DNA of 62,451 bases from an uncultured Candidatus Saccharibacteria bacterium (GTDB lineage: Bacteria; Patescibacteriota; Doudnabacteria; UBA920), in assembly GCA_964532425.1 (NCBI GenBank), contig CAZHIA010000009.1, positions 1 through 62,451 of the forward strand, given 5' to 3'. A program made the translations under genes and the position numbers. Below, in pieces: positions 17,616 through 25,365 of this stretch. The notes below the pieces were generated by a model, which saw only the letters and a list, made by a program, of their open reading frames with translations, was not told where the DNA came from and did not search any database. Every line of letters starts with the position of its first letter. The stretch's first letter is position 1.

Positions 17616-17906
17616 ATGATGAACCGCAAGGAAACGCTTGTCGCTATAAAAAAATTTAAGGATGGCAGCAGCGTCGAAGTCCTCAGACAGACGAGGGTAC
17701 CTGGCCCAAACGCCAGGGCAACTACCAGCACCGTCTATGTATTCAAACGCGCTCCCGGAACAGCAAACCCCAAGCCGCTGGCTGACCTGACGCCGCGCGA
17801 TCTGCGGAGGATCGCCAAGAAAGCCGAGGAGATCAGGCAATTCCTGAGCACAATCCATCCACAGAGTAAATCGCGTTCGTTTTCCGAGAACACCTATCGC
17901 CGCTAA
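17616..17906 (+). CDS. hypothetical small basic protein (orphan)
   Basis: aagggagg SD at 17607-14 followed by ATGATG. 96-aa ORF with its own promoter. No family recognised. Competes with the unsupported N-terminal extension of rluD on the other strand. Confidence 0.5.
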   Translation: MMNRKETLVAIKKFKDGSSVEVLRQTRVPGPNARATTSTVYVFKRAPGTANPKPLADLTPRDLRRIAKKAEEIRQFLSTIHPQSKSRSFSENTYRR

Positions 17907-17945
17907 CCGCTTACAGGCCCATATATGTAAACCGGGCTTGTTTTT

Positions 17946-18782
17946 TTAATTTTTGTCAATTAACAGGTCCGGGCGCCGCTTCTTGGTCCGCTTGAGCGCT
18001 TCGCTATGGCGGAATTCTTCCACTTTCTGATGATTGCCGGAGAGCAACACCGTAGGAACCTGTAAGATTTTTATTCTATTACTCGCTGTCCGAGCCGGTC
18101 GCGACCGGCCCCTACCGACCGCATTCTGGACTTTTGATAACTTTTTACTTGATAACTTGATAACTAATTTTTCCGGTTTTGTATACTGTGGATATTCCAA
18201 CATTGCTTCCGAGAATGATTCTTTATCTGTTGATTCGATTTTGCCTAATATCCCTGGACGCAATCTCATAACCGCTTCACTGATCACGAGCGCCGGCAAT
18301 TCCCCGCCCATCAGCACATAATCGCCGATAGACAACTCTTCATCTACAAAAGACCTGATCCGCTCGTCAAAACCTTCATACCTCCCGCATACAAAAACGA
18401 GATTGTCATATTGAGCGAGCCGCTGCGCATCACGCTGATTGAACCGCTTGCCTTGCGGTGTAAGCATAATTATGCGCCTCTGTGCTGTAGGGGCGGCCAT
18501 TGGCCGCCCTTTGCTGGGAGGCCGATGGCCTCCCCTACAGGCGGACCGGATCGCTTTATACATGACATCAGCACGCAGCACCATCCCCACTCCGCCGCCA
18601 TACGGCCGGTCGTCAACGATCTGCCGCTGTCCCAGGCCGAACTCACGTAAATTGATCGGCTGCATCTTGAGCAATTTGCCTTTAATGGCTTTTTGCAAAA
18701 TACCAAAACTTTCCGCGAAGCTCTCAATAAACTGCGGGAATAGCGTAATAATTTTTACGGAAAGGCTCTGTTGCTTCTTCAT
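17946..18782 (-). CDS. trmD: tRNA (guanine37-N1)-methyltransferase with two in-frame insertions
   Basis: VDDRPYGGGVGMVL, VCGRYEGFDERI, SIGDYVLMGGELPA and VLLSGNH, all collinear with E. coli TrmD except for two extra segments. Confidence 0.95.
   Translation of the reverse strand: MKKQQSLSVKIITLFPQFIESFAESFGILQKAIKGKLLKMQPINLREFGLGQRQIVDDRPYGGGVGMVLRADVMYKAIRSACRGGHRPPSKGRPMAAPTAQRRIIMLTPQGKRFNQRDAQRLAQYDNLVFVCGRYEGFDERIRSFVDEELSIGDYVLMGGELPALVISEAVMRLRPGILGKIESTDKESFSEAMLEYPQYTKPEKLVIKLSSKKLSKVQNAVGRGRSRPARTASNRIKILQVPTVLLSGNHQKVEEFRHSEALKRTKKRRPDLLIDKN
18065..18172. repeat. insertion 2 in trmD: GC palindrome plus ttgataac word repeats
   Basis: gccggtcgcgaccggc is a perfect 16-nt palindrome (18094-18109) followed by ccctac. 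Tandem ttgataac words lie at about 18135-18170. Encodes VIKLSSKKLSKVQNAVGRGRSRPARTASNRIKI, which is absent from E. coli TrmD. Confidence 0.7.
18485..18540. repeat. insertion 1 in trmD: 56-nt GC-rich double-hairpin palindrome
   Basis: Outer pair ctgtagggg .. cccctacag. Inner hairpins are ggcggcc att ggccgcc and gggaggcc gat ggcctccc. Translated in frame as CRGGHRPPSKGRPMAAPTAQ. Confidence 0.8.
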
Positions 18783-18932
18783 TTGGATTCATTATATCAT
18801 CTATGCGAAAAATAACCCCAAGCCGTCCCATGACAGGACAGGTTCGGGGTTATTATTTTTTAGATTCAGCGTAGTTCCGCATTCCGCCTCCGCCGACTGG
18901 CGATGGAGGATTCCGCGTCCTTCCGCGGTATC

Positions 18933-19268
18933 TTATAATTTGAAGTCGTCGATTGCGTCGCCGGTGTCTTCGGACACGGCTACGCTTTCGTGACGTGCCT
19001 CGTGGCGCGGGCCCTTGTGGGAACCTTCCGGCTCATAGATCTTCAGGTTGACGCGAGCTTTGCGCTTGGCGCCCACCACTCGGAGCAACGTCCGGATAGC
19101 CTTGGCTGTCTGGCCCATACGTCCGATGACTTGGCCCATGTCTTCCGGGTTCAAGTGGAGCGTAATGAGAACACCCATTTCATCGACAACGCGTTCGGTT
19201 TTTACATCCTGAGGATGATCAACCAAAGCTTTGACAATGTACTCCACAAACTCTTGGTCTTGTTCCAT
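18933..19268 (-). CDS. KH domain RNA-binding protein (YlqC/UPF0109-like)
   Basis: FVEYIVKALVDHPQDV and GQVIGRMGQTAKAIRTLL (GxxG KH loop). In the conserved position between rpsP and trmD. Confidence 0.85.
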   Translation of the reverse strand: MEQDQEFVEYIVKALVDHPQDVKTERVVDEMGVLITLHLNPEDMGQVIGRMGQTAKAIRTLLRVVGAKRKARVNLKIYEPEGSHKGPRHEARHESVAVSEDTGDAIDDFKL

Positions 19269-19337
19269 GGTATTCGTGCTACTGATATTCCGATAGCTTA
19301 ATTCGCTTCGACTACTGCAAAGCTGCTATCTGGCTCT

Positions 19338-19366
19338 AGTATAAGAGATTTTGGCAGTTATGTCAA
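19338..19366 (-). promoter_or_regulatory. sigma70-type promoter for the KH-trmD unit
   Basis: Minus strand reads TTGACA (rc of 19361-19366), 17 nt, TATACT (rc of 19338-19343). Confidence 0.55.
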
Positions 19367-19373
19367 TACTAAA

Positions 19374-19399
19374 AAATTTCCCTGCGGGCAGGGAAATTT
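19374..19399 (-). terminator. terminator after rpsP (A/T-flanked, potentially bidirectional)
   Basis: aaatttccctgc gg gcagggaaattt, a 12-bp stem flanked by A and T runs. Confidence 0.75.
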
Positions 19400-19403
19400 T
19401 TGT

Positions 19404-19757
19404 TTATGCAGCCGGTTGTTCTTCAGAGCTCGGAGCTGCTACTGCAGCTGGCGCTGCGGCTGGAGCCGCTTCCTGGGCAGGAGCTTCTTTCTTCGGTACA
19501 TTAAAGGCTTTGACCTTGCTTCCGGTGATCAACCCTTTGTCCACGAACAGATTGTGAACCGTCGGTGATGCTTGGACATGCTGAGCCAGCCAGTGCTTGA
19601 CCCGCTCTTCCTTGATCTGGAAGCTCTTCTTGCGCGGGTTGTAACTGCCCAAAACTTCCTGGAATTTTTTGGAAACATGGGAGGTCTTTTCCGCAAGCAC
19701 AATGCGGAAATCAGCCTGGTTTCTCTTGCCTGTGCGCTGTAAGCGAATAGTTAACAT
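19404..19757 (-). CDS. rpsP: 30S ribosomal protein S16 with an Ala/Pro-rich C-terminal tail
   Basis: MLTIRLQRTGKRNQADFRIVLAE..LGSYNP..VKHWL. Confidence 0.95.
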   Translation of the reverse strand: MLTIRLQRTGKRNQADFRIVLAEKTSHVSKKFQEVLGSYNPRKKSFQIKEERVKHWLAQHVQASPTVHNLFVDKGLITGSKVKAFNVPKKEAPAQEAAPAAAPAAVAAPSSEEQPAA

Positions 19758-20011
19758 AAAGTATCTCTACTAAAAACGAAAATGACGAAGTTGCTAAACC
19801 ATCGAATTCGCCTTTTCGAAATTTAGTTAATTTAGTAATTAGCAGAAAACCCATGATTAGCAATCATGGAATACCATCCAGTAAAAAGGCTTCTTAGCAG
19901 CAACTTAGAAAACCTTGGAATCGTCGAGGATGGTTCATCCGACTTCTCCGCCGCCTGGCGGATAGGCTGGATAAAAAGAGCGTGGCTATACTATAGCACG
20001 AATGCCCTGCA

Positions 20012-20041
20012 TTGACAAGAGGCCACAACAGCTGTTACAAT
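20012..20041 (+). promoter_or_regulatory. sigma70-type promoter
   Basis: TTGACA (20012-20017), 18 nt, TACAAT (20036-20041). The SD gaaggagga follows. Confidence 0.6.
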
Positions 20042-20072
20042 CGATTGATTTACTTTCAGAAGGAGGATACAC

Positions 20073-20477
20073 ATGCTCTTTCCAGGCTGGTTGAGAAAAA
20101 AACAGCCGGCAGCTCCGGTGCCCCCGCCTCCACCCCCAAAAACACGCGAGCAACTCGTAGCGGAAAAGCTCCGGATCACCGATGCCGGGCTGGCAAATTT
20201 TAAAAGCGGACCCGCCCGCCACAATACCATCATCATAAGGGACAAGGACGGGAAAGAATCACCTCACCCCGGCCAAGTCACCTACTGCAATAATCAGCTC
20301 CGCATCGGGATAACCAACACCGAAATCATGCTCTGGTGTGATGTGTGCGAAGACATCCTGTGCCGTCAGAAAAAAGTCACTCCCCTCAAGGAACCGGAAG
20401 TAGGCAACTCGGGGTTTCCGCAGATGTCCGACAATGATTTTTTGAAAATTCTCAAAATCAAACCGGAGCAGTTGTAG
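20073..20477 (+). CDS. hypothetical protein (orphan, poly-Pro N-terminus)
   Basis: Strong SD and promoter. 134 aa with PPPPPP and CxxC (CDVCEDILC). No family recognised. Confidence 0.6.
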   Translation: MLFPGWLRKKQPAAPVPPPPPPKTREQLVAEKLRITDAGLANFKSGPARHNTIIIRDKDGKESPHPGQVTYCNNQLRIGITNTEIMLWCDVCEDILCRQKKVTPLKEPEVGNSGFPQMSDNDFLKILKIKPEQL

Positions 20478-20513
20478 GCTGAAAGCCGGTCATTCAGAAA
20501 GAGAGGTTGCAGC

Positions 20514-20741
20514 ATGGACGGCGAAACCGAAACGATCTGGTCAGTGGTGAGAAAATTCTACCCTCACGCCGCCGATGACACGGTTCTCGGAGATCGCGCA
20601 GCAAGCATAGAAAGACTAATTGCCGAGCGCTTGAATAAGAGCGTCAAAGTCGACCCTGCAATGAGCGTCGCAGCGCTCATCAGGGCAACTCGCAATACTC
20701 TGAACATGTCACAGATGCTCTATCGCGGGAGATCCTCGTGA
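20514..20741 (+). CDS. hypothetical small protein (orphan)
   Basis: agagagg SD 8 nt upstream. 75 aa. A terminator follows. Confidence 0.5.
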   Translation: MDGETETIWSVVRKFYPHAADDTVLGDRAASIERLIAERLNKSVKVDPAMSVAALIRATRNTLNMSQMLYRGRSS

Positions 20742-20773
20742 TCCGCTATGGAGCGTTCGCTCCACAATACCAG

Positions 20774-20806
20774 AAACCCCGCCTGTCTAGGCCGGGGTTT
20801 TTCTTT
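20774..20806 (+). terminator. Rho-independent terminator
   Basis: aaccccgcc .. gccggggtt hairpin followed by tttcttttg. Confidence 0.65.
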
Positions 20807-20870
20807 TGTCTACACTACATCCAGCTGCTGAATAGACTATCGGCAATAAAATTAAGAGGACATCACACGG

Positions 20871-23800
20871 CTACTCAGTCGCGATAGAACTAATAGCCTC
20901 TGGCTCAGTAACTACCTCGGGCGTCGGTTCAACCACAGGAAGGGTGGAGGTTGCCTGTTCGTTTGGAACAGCGTCCACTGGCTGGACAGGTTCCGTCGTT
21001 TGAGAATCTACTACCGCAGGCTGCTCTTGTGTCACAACGACCAAATCGGCTTGAGCACCACCTTCTTGTCCGTTACCGGTTTGTCCAGATTGTGGTGGAA
21101 TAATCTGGGGCTGAATCAGAATTATATTCTGAGTCGAGCCATCGGAAACTGTCAGTTGCGCTTCAGGAGAAGCAAACGAATGCCAGTCAAAGACTACATC
21201 TGTCGTAGTTGCCTGAGGTAAAGATAAAGTAAACCCACTGGCATCTTTACTTTGGATAAATGCCAGAACAGCTGCCCCTTCCGGTGAAAAAGTTACCACG
21301 GGTTGGTATTTATATGCCTGCTTAAACGTGACCCTCACCGAAGTCTGCCCGGCTAAAATTTTCGCTTCCCCCACGCTGTCTCCTGAAAAATTAGAAGAAA
21401 CATATACCGACAAAGAGGATGCAGTGGCATTACCGATAATCGAGCCTTGAAGGTCGGCAATCTTCTGGTTTAAGGCTTGAATGCCAAGCAGCGCTACGCC
21501 GGAAGGATCAATGGTGGAGATGGATGTGGAGGCATGCTCCCCTCCCAGGCCGAATGCCGCATAGAAGTCCTGGGCAGTCGGACCGATGTGGGTAGTGGTA
21601 GCCGAGTCTGCCTTGTAGTTCCACTGGGAGATGGGAAGACTGGCAATCTTCTGCAATATTTCAGCCGGAGTGACGGTAGCAAAGTTCTCCTTCAAATTGA
21701 CATCTGAGGCATTGCTCCAGACTGAGCCGTCACTATAGGCTCCGCCGGAGAGGGTCAGGAGGTGGGAAGCATCTGTTGTGCCAATGCCGACATGTCCATC
21801 CCAGCGTAATCGCACACTTTCGCTCCCATTAGTATAAAAGCTTATAGTTCCGTCCGATGGTGAAAACATCCCGGTATCATAGCCGCCATCCTGGTAAAAA
21901 GAGTACCCTCCTCCGCTAGTCCCGGTTGATTCGGCTACCATAATCTTTCCGCCAATTTTAGCATCTCCCTGTACGTATAGATTATTCGCTCCGGGATCGC
22001 TCGGCGTGGTCGTACCTACAGACAAACTGCCATTAAACCAGCTATACACATATGTATTCGTTTCATCATAACCAGTTGTAAGGGTAAGGCCACGTAATGA
22101 GTCTTCCGGACGACGCGCAACATTACCATCCTTCGAAACAAAAAGGGCGAGATTTGAAGAAAAGCGCCAATTGTATTCTGCGCCAATCCAAGAACGGCTT
22201 TGGTTTATATTACTAGCATTTATATTGGAGAATTGGATCGCCGTATTAGCCGCGTAACGATCCTCTCCCACCTGAAGAAATGACCAGCCTCCGTTCTGCC
22301 CATAAAAAGAAGCAAACGGGGTACTACTTGGAGAGTTGGAATTACCGAACCCTGAAGTATAAAATACTGCGTTCGTTCCTCCTCCCACATTGAGAATAGA
22401 AGCCATTGAAGTGGTACCTATGCTTACAATATCTTGGGTATATGATTGGCCATTGAGCAACTCCTGCCAATTCCCTGCCAGGGAACCATTGACGAACAAC
22501 CGGTTCACGTACAGATCTCCAAAAGAATTGTTAGATGTTCCCAAAGATGAACCAGCAGCGTAAGTTGAGCCGTCTTCTGTAACGAGCCTTGCAAGTTTCA
22601 GCACTTTAGACCCCAGATCTCCATAAACTATGCGAGGATAACCGTCCAAGCCTAGTGCCATTGAGTTCAACCCTCCCCCGGTAAAGGAAATTGAAGCTAA
22701 AGATTTTTCGGAACAATTTGCGGTTTTACATTGAATGTAGAACACCCCTGCGCCCTTCGGCCAGTTCCAAGCACCGTAAGAAATCCTCGGGAGGTTATTA
22801 TTATCCATTATGACTGTGACCTGAGATGCATTTGCCACTGAAGCTAACGTAGTTGTGTTCGATAGACTACAAGCTGCATTAGTACACTGGATGAATTTAA
22901 TAGCCGAACTATCATCAGTGTACACAATCCTGCCATAGCCATCAGTCCCTAATACCATATCGATATAGTATCCCCTGGCAACCGTACCTACCAACTGGTC
23001 ACTCCGCACGGTACAAGAGGCATCCTGGCATACCACATAGTGAATCTGATTAGGAGTTGTATCTTGATTTATATAGACGAAGCGGGCAGTATTATCTGAA
23101 CCCACAGCAATCGCCGATTGTTCCAGCCAGCTAGTAGAAGAAGTGGCAACTGTTGTGGTAGCTACGGAAGTACAATCGGCGTTCAGGCATGCGGCAAATT
23201 TTAAATAATCCTGGCTGGGATCTGGGTGCTGGTATTGGGGGTAATCCTCGTACACAATTCTCCCCAAACCGTCTTTATCTACTGTCCCACTGACATTCCA
23301 AAAATACCCATGGGCTGGATGATCGACAAGAGTATCCGTCAAAGCATTGCAGTCCTGGTCCAAACAACGGACAAAATGGAGTTCGTTCGGAGTATTATAA
23401 TTTATATAAACTATTCTCGGCAGGCCGTCGGATGCGATCGATAAAGTTGGTGCATCTGACCCGTTCGAATTCGTACTAATGACTTTATCATTCTTCGTTT
23501 GGCAATCCAGGTCCAAACAGTGGACATAGTGCAGCTCATAGCTGCTCCAATCCATGTAAACGAAGCGGACGTACCCATCAGTACCTACAGCAACAAATTT
23601 TTGGTTATCATTGTAGATATACGAGCTGCCGGCCGCAGCAGCTATCTGGGTTATTACAGTCTGCCGCAAAGAGCCGGAAACCCCGGGAAGGATAGAACCA
23701 GCGGTGGCAGTAGAGACGGTCAGACTGGAAACAGTAGTGGTTGCCAAACTCGTCTGTCCGGCCGTTAAATTCCCCTGAATATTCACCGACTCTGAAAATC

Positions 23801-24323
23801 TCCCTGTCTTGGAGGTAAGGGTGTCTCCGGTGAGATTAGTGCCAGTAATATCAGTTGCTCCGAGCGAGGTGGTAATCTGGGAATTATTTAAGGCAGCAGG
23901 GTTAGACGGCAGGAGAATCGGTGAATACCCCGCCGGACCTTGCGGACCGGACGACCCGATGTCCCCTTTGTCGCCTTTCTCGCCCTTGAGTACCCCAGAT
24001 GCCAACAGAGTTTCAATTTTCTGATCTATAAGCTTGCTGAAAAATGCCGTATCCAGAGAAGGAACCGGTTTAACAGCAAGCGGAACGGTAGCAGCGGCTG
24101 GAGCTGCTGCTTTTCTGGCTGCTGAGGCCAGAACTTCGACAGCTTTTCCACCTGGTACCGGCATAGTCGGGCTAGATACCTTAGTGCGGGAGGCTGCGGC
24201 TGGAGTAGGAGCCACCAGACTGTCGATATAGCTGTTGGAGGCAAACGTAAAGCTGACCACTGCCGCCATACCAAAACAAGCAGCAAGGACCGCCAACAAA
24301 AGGCGATGCTTAAGCAGGTTCAT
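20871..24323 (-). CDS. large surface protein: collagen-like segment, 6-7 Cys-pair repeats, tail-fibre intramolecular chaperone (S74-like) domain, Pro/Thr/Glu tail
   Basis: N-terminal hydrophobic anchor. GEKGDKGDIGSSGPQGPAG at aa 114-132. Repeated ..DG.PRIVY..C.D.DC.. modules at aa ~236-580. SDVNLKENF..LPISQWNYK..HIGPTAQDFYAAF at aa 873-960. Confidence 0.85.
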   Translation of the reverse strand: MNLLKHRLLLAVLAACFGMAAVVSFTFASNSYIDSLVAPTPAAASRTKVSSPTMPVPGGKAVEVLASAARKAAAPAAATVPLAVKPVPSLDTAFFSKLIDQKIETLLASGVLKGEKGDKGDIGSSGPQGPAGYSPILLPSNPAALNNSQITTSLGATDITGTNLTGDTLTSKTGRFSESVNIQGNLTAGQTSLATTTVSSLTVSTATAGSILPGVSGSLRQTVITQIAAAAGSSYIYNDNQKFVAVGTDGYVRFVYMDWSSYELHYVHCLDLDCQTKNDKVISTNSNGSDAPTLSIASDGLPRIVYINYNTPNELHFVRCLDQDCNALTDTLVDHPAHGYFWNVSGTVDKDGLGRIVYEDYPQYQHPDPSQDYLKFAACLNADCTSVATTTVATSSTSWLEQSAIAVGSDNTARFVYINQDTTPNQIHYVVCQDASCTVRSDQLVGTVARGYYIDMVLGTDGYGRIVYTDDSSAIKFIQCTNAACSLSNTTTLASVANASQVTVIMDNNNLPRISYGAWNWPKGAGVFYIQCKTANCSEKSLASISFTGGGLNSMALGLDGYPRIVYGDLGSKVLKLARLVTEDGSTYAAGSSLGTSNNSFGDLYVNRLFVNGSLAGNWQELLNGQSYTQDIVSIGTTSMASILNVGGGTNAVFYTSGFGNSNSPSSTPFASFYGQNGGWSFLQVGEDRYAANTAIQFSNINASNINQSRSWIGAEYNWRFSSNLALFVSKDGNVARRPEDSLRGLTLTTGYDETNTYVYSWFNGSLSVGTTTPSDPGANNLYVQGDAKIGGKIMVAESTGTSGGGYSFYQDGGYDTGMFSPSDGTISFYTNGSESVRLRWDGHVGIGTTDASHLLTLSGGAYSDGSVWSNASDVNLKENFATVTPAEILQKIASLPISQWNYKADSATTTHIGPTAQDFYAAFGLGGEHASTSISTIDPSGVALLGIQALNQKIADLQGSIIGNATASSLSVYVSSNFSGDSVGEAKILAGQTSVRVTFKQAYKYQPVVTFSPEGAAVLAFIQSKDASGFTLSLPQATTTDVVFDWHSFASPEAQLTVSDGSTQNIILIQPQIIPPQSGQTGNGQEGGAQADLVVVTQEQPAVVDSQTTEPVQPVDAVPNEQATSTLPVVEPTPEVVTEPEAISSIATE

Positions 24324-24384
24324 ACAATTGGTTTAATTTGTATTTTTGAAAGTTTTGTTTCGAGTAACTGCAATTTCTGCTTTA

Positions 24385-24413
24385 ATTATAGCAAATATAA
24401 ATAAATATGTCAA
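24385..24413 (-). promoter_or_regulatory. consensus sigma70 promoter for the 1150-aa gene
   Basis: Minus strand reads TTGACA (rc of 24408-24413), exactly 17 nt, TATAAT (rc of 24385-24390). Confidence 0.7.
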
Positions 24414-24434
24414 AAATAAGGTACTTTTTGACAT
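24407..24434. promoter_or_regulatory. 10-bp perfect inverted repeat overlapping the -35 (candidate operator)
   Basis: atgtcaaaaa (24407-24416), 8-nt spacer, tttttgacat (24425-24434). Confidence 0.4.
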
Positions 24435-24497
24435 TTTACATATTGAAGTTAACGCCTGAACGGAAACTCTTATCTAATCCAATAACAAGGAATAGAT

Positions 24498-25142
24498 CTA
24501 ATTTATTGGTGTTTGATACGCATTCTCAATCCTTGCATTTCGGAAATGGCGCCAGATCCACCATACAATACCGATCACAATAAGGCCGACAATGAGGTAG
24601 TCAAACTTGTGGAAATACCCGCGCAGGCTTTCCCAGTTCTCGCCAAGCTTAAAGCCAATGTATGCGAGCACATAGGTCCAAATGACGGAACCAATAAAAG
24701 AATAGGCCAGGAATGATTTGAGCGGCACCCGCGCGATGCCGGCAGGCAGGGAAATAAATGTCCGAACCACGGGAAGCAACCGACCGACGAATGTGGACCA
24801 ATCCCCGTGCTTGGCAAAAAATTGATCGGCCACATCCAGGTCATGGCGGGAAATGAGAATGTATTTCCCATACTTTTCCACAAGCGGGCGCCCTCCCCAG
24901 CGGCCGATTTCATATGTCAGCCAGCTCCCGAGCATGCTTCCTACGCCTCCGGCCAAAGCCACGCCCCACAAGGTAAACCGGCCAGAATAAGCCAAAAAGC
25001 CAGCAAATGGGGCGATTACTTCGCTCGGCAAAGGGATACACGCGCTTTCGATCGCCATAAGTACTGCGACACCGCTATATCCGAGTGTGGAAATGGTGTG
25101 GATAACAAAGGCAGTAATGGTGGATAGCAAGTTGGTAAGCAT
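24498..25142 (-). CDS. DedA family membrane protein
   Basis: GYSGVAVLMAIESACIPLPSEVI..FAG and GR..PVVRTFISLPAG. Start at MLTNLL (25142). Confidence 0.9.
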   Translation of the reverse strand: MLTNLLSTITAFVIHTISTLGYSGVAVLMAIESACIPLPSEVIAPFAGFLAYSGRFTLWGVALAGGVGSMLGSWLTYEIGRWGGRPLVEKYGKYILISRHDLDVADQFFAKHGDWSTFVGRLLPVVRTFISLPAGIARVPLKSFLAYSFIGSVIWTYVLAYIGFKLGENWESLRGYFHKFDYLIVGLIVIGIVWWIWRHFRNARIENAYQTPIN

Positions 25143-25192
25143 GGGAAAAAATATTAATAAATCCGCAAACCGGGAATACACCTTATTTTATC

Positions 25193-25287
25193 ATACAAAC
25201 ATTGAGCATATAAACTTCATCGTCCGATGAAACATAAAAGCATCACCTGTGTGATGCTTGAATGCTTATATGCTTACACGTTTGTAT
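25193..25287. repeat. nested inverted repeat (words catataa / ttatatg)
   Basis: atacaaac..gtttgtat outer pair. Inner pairs are ttcatcg tccg cgatgaa-like and aagcatcac ctg tgtgatgctt. Confidence 0.65.
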
Positions 25288-25365
25288 AAATTCGCTTTCA
25301 AGGATAGTACTGTGTGCAATCTGTGTTCATCCCCGCTTGCCTGCGGTAGGTGGGTGTCTATGATC

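Noticed and set aside
16539-17858. Full 439-aa rluD ORF, and the analogous long N-terminal extensions of the clpP, rplS, recA, comM, lspA, rodZ-like, pcm and sod ORFs.
   Set aside because: The extensions have no homology and are encoded by repeat arms or neighbouring promoters. Internal Met residues align with the conserved N-termini of the families.
20871-24323. Prophage, suggested by the tail-fibre chaperone domain.
   Set aside because: It is a single gene flanked by rpsP-side orphans and dedA/smc. There are no capsid, terminase, portal, integrase or lysis genes, and no att-like direct repeats.
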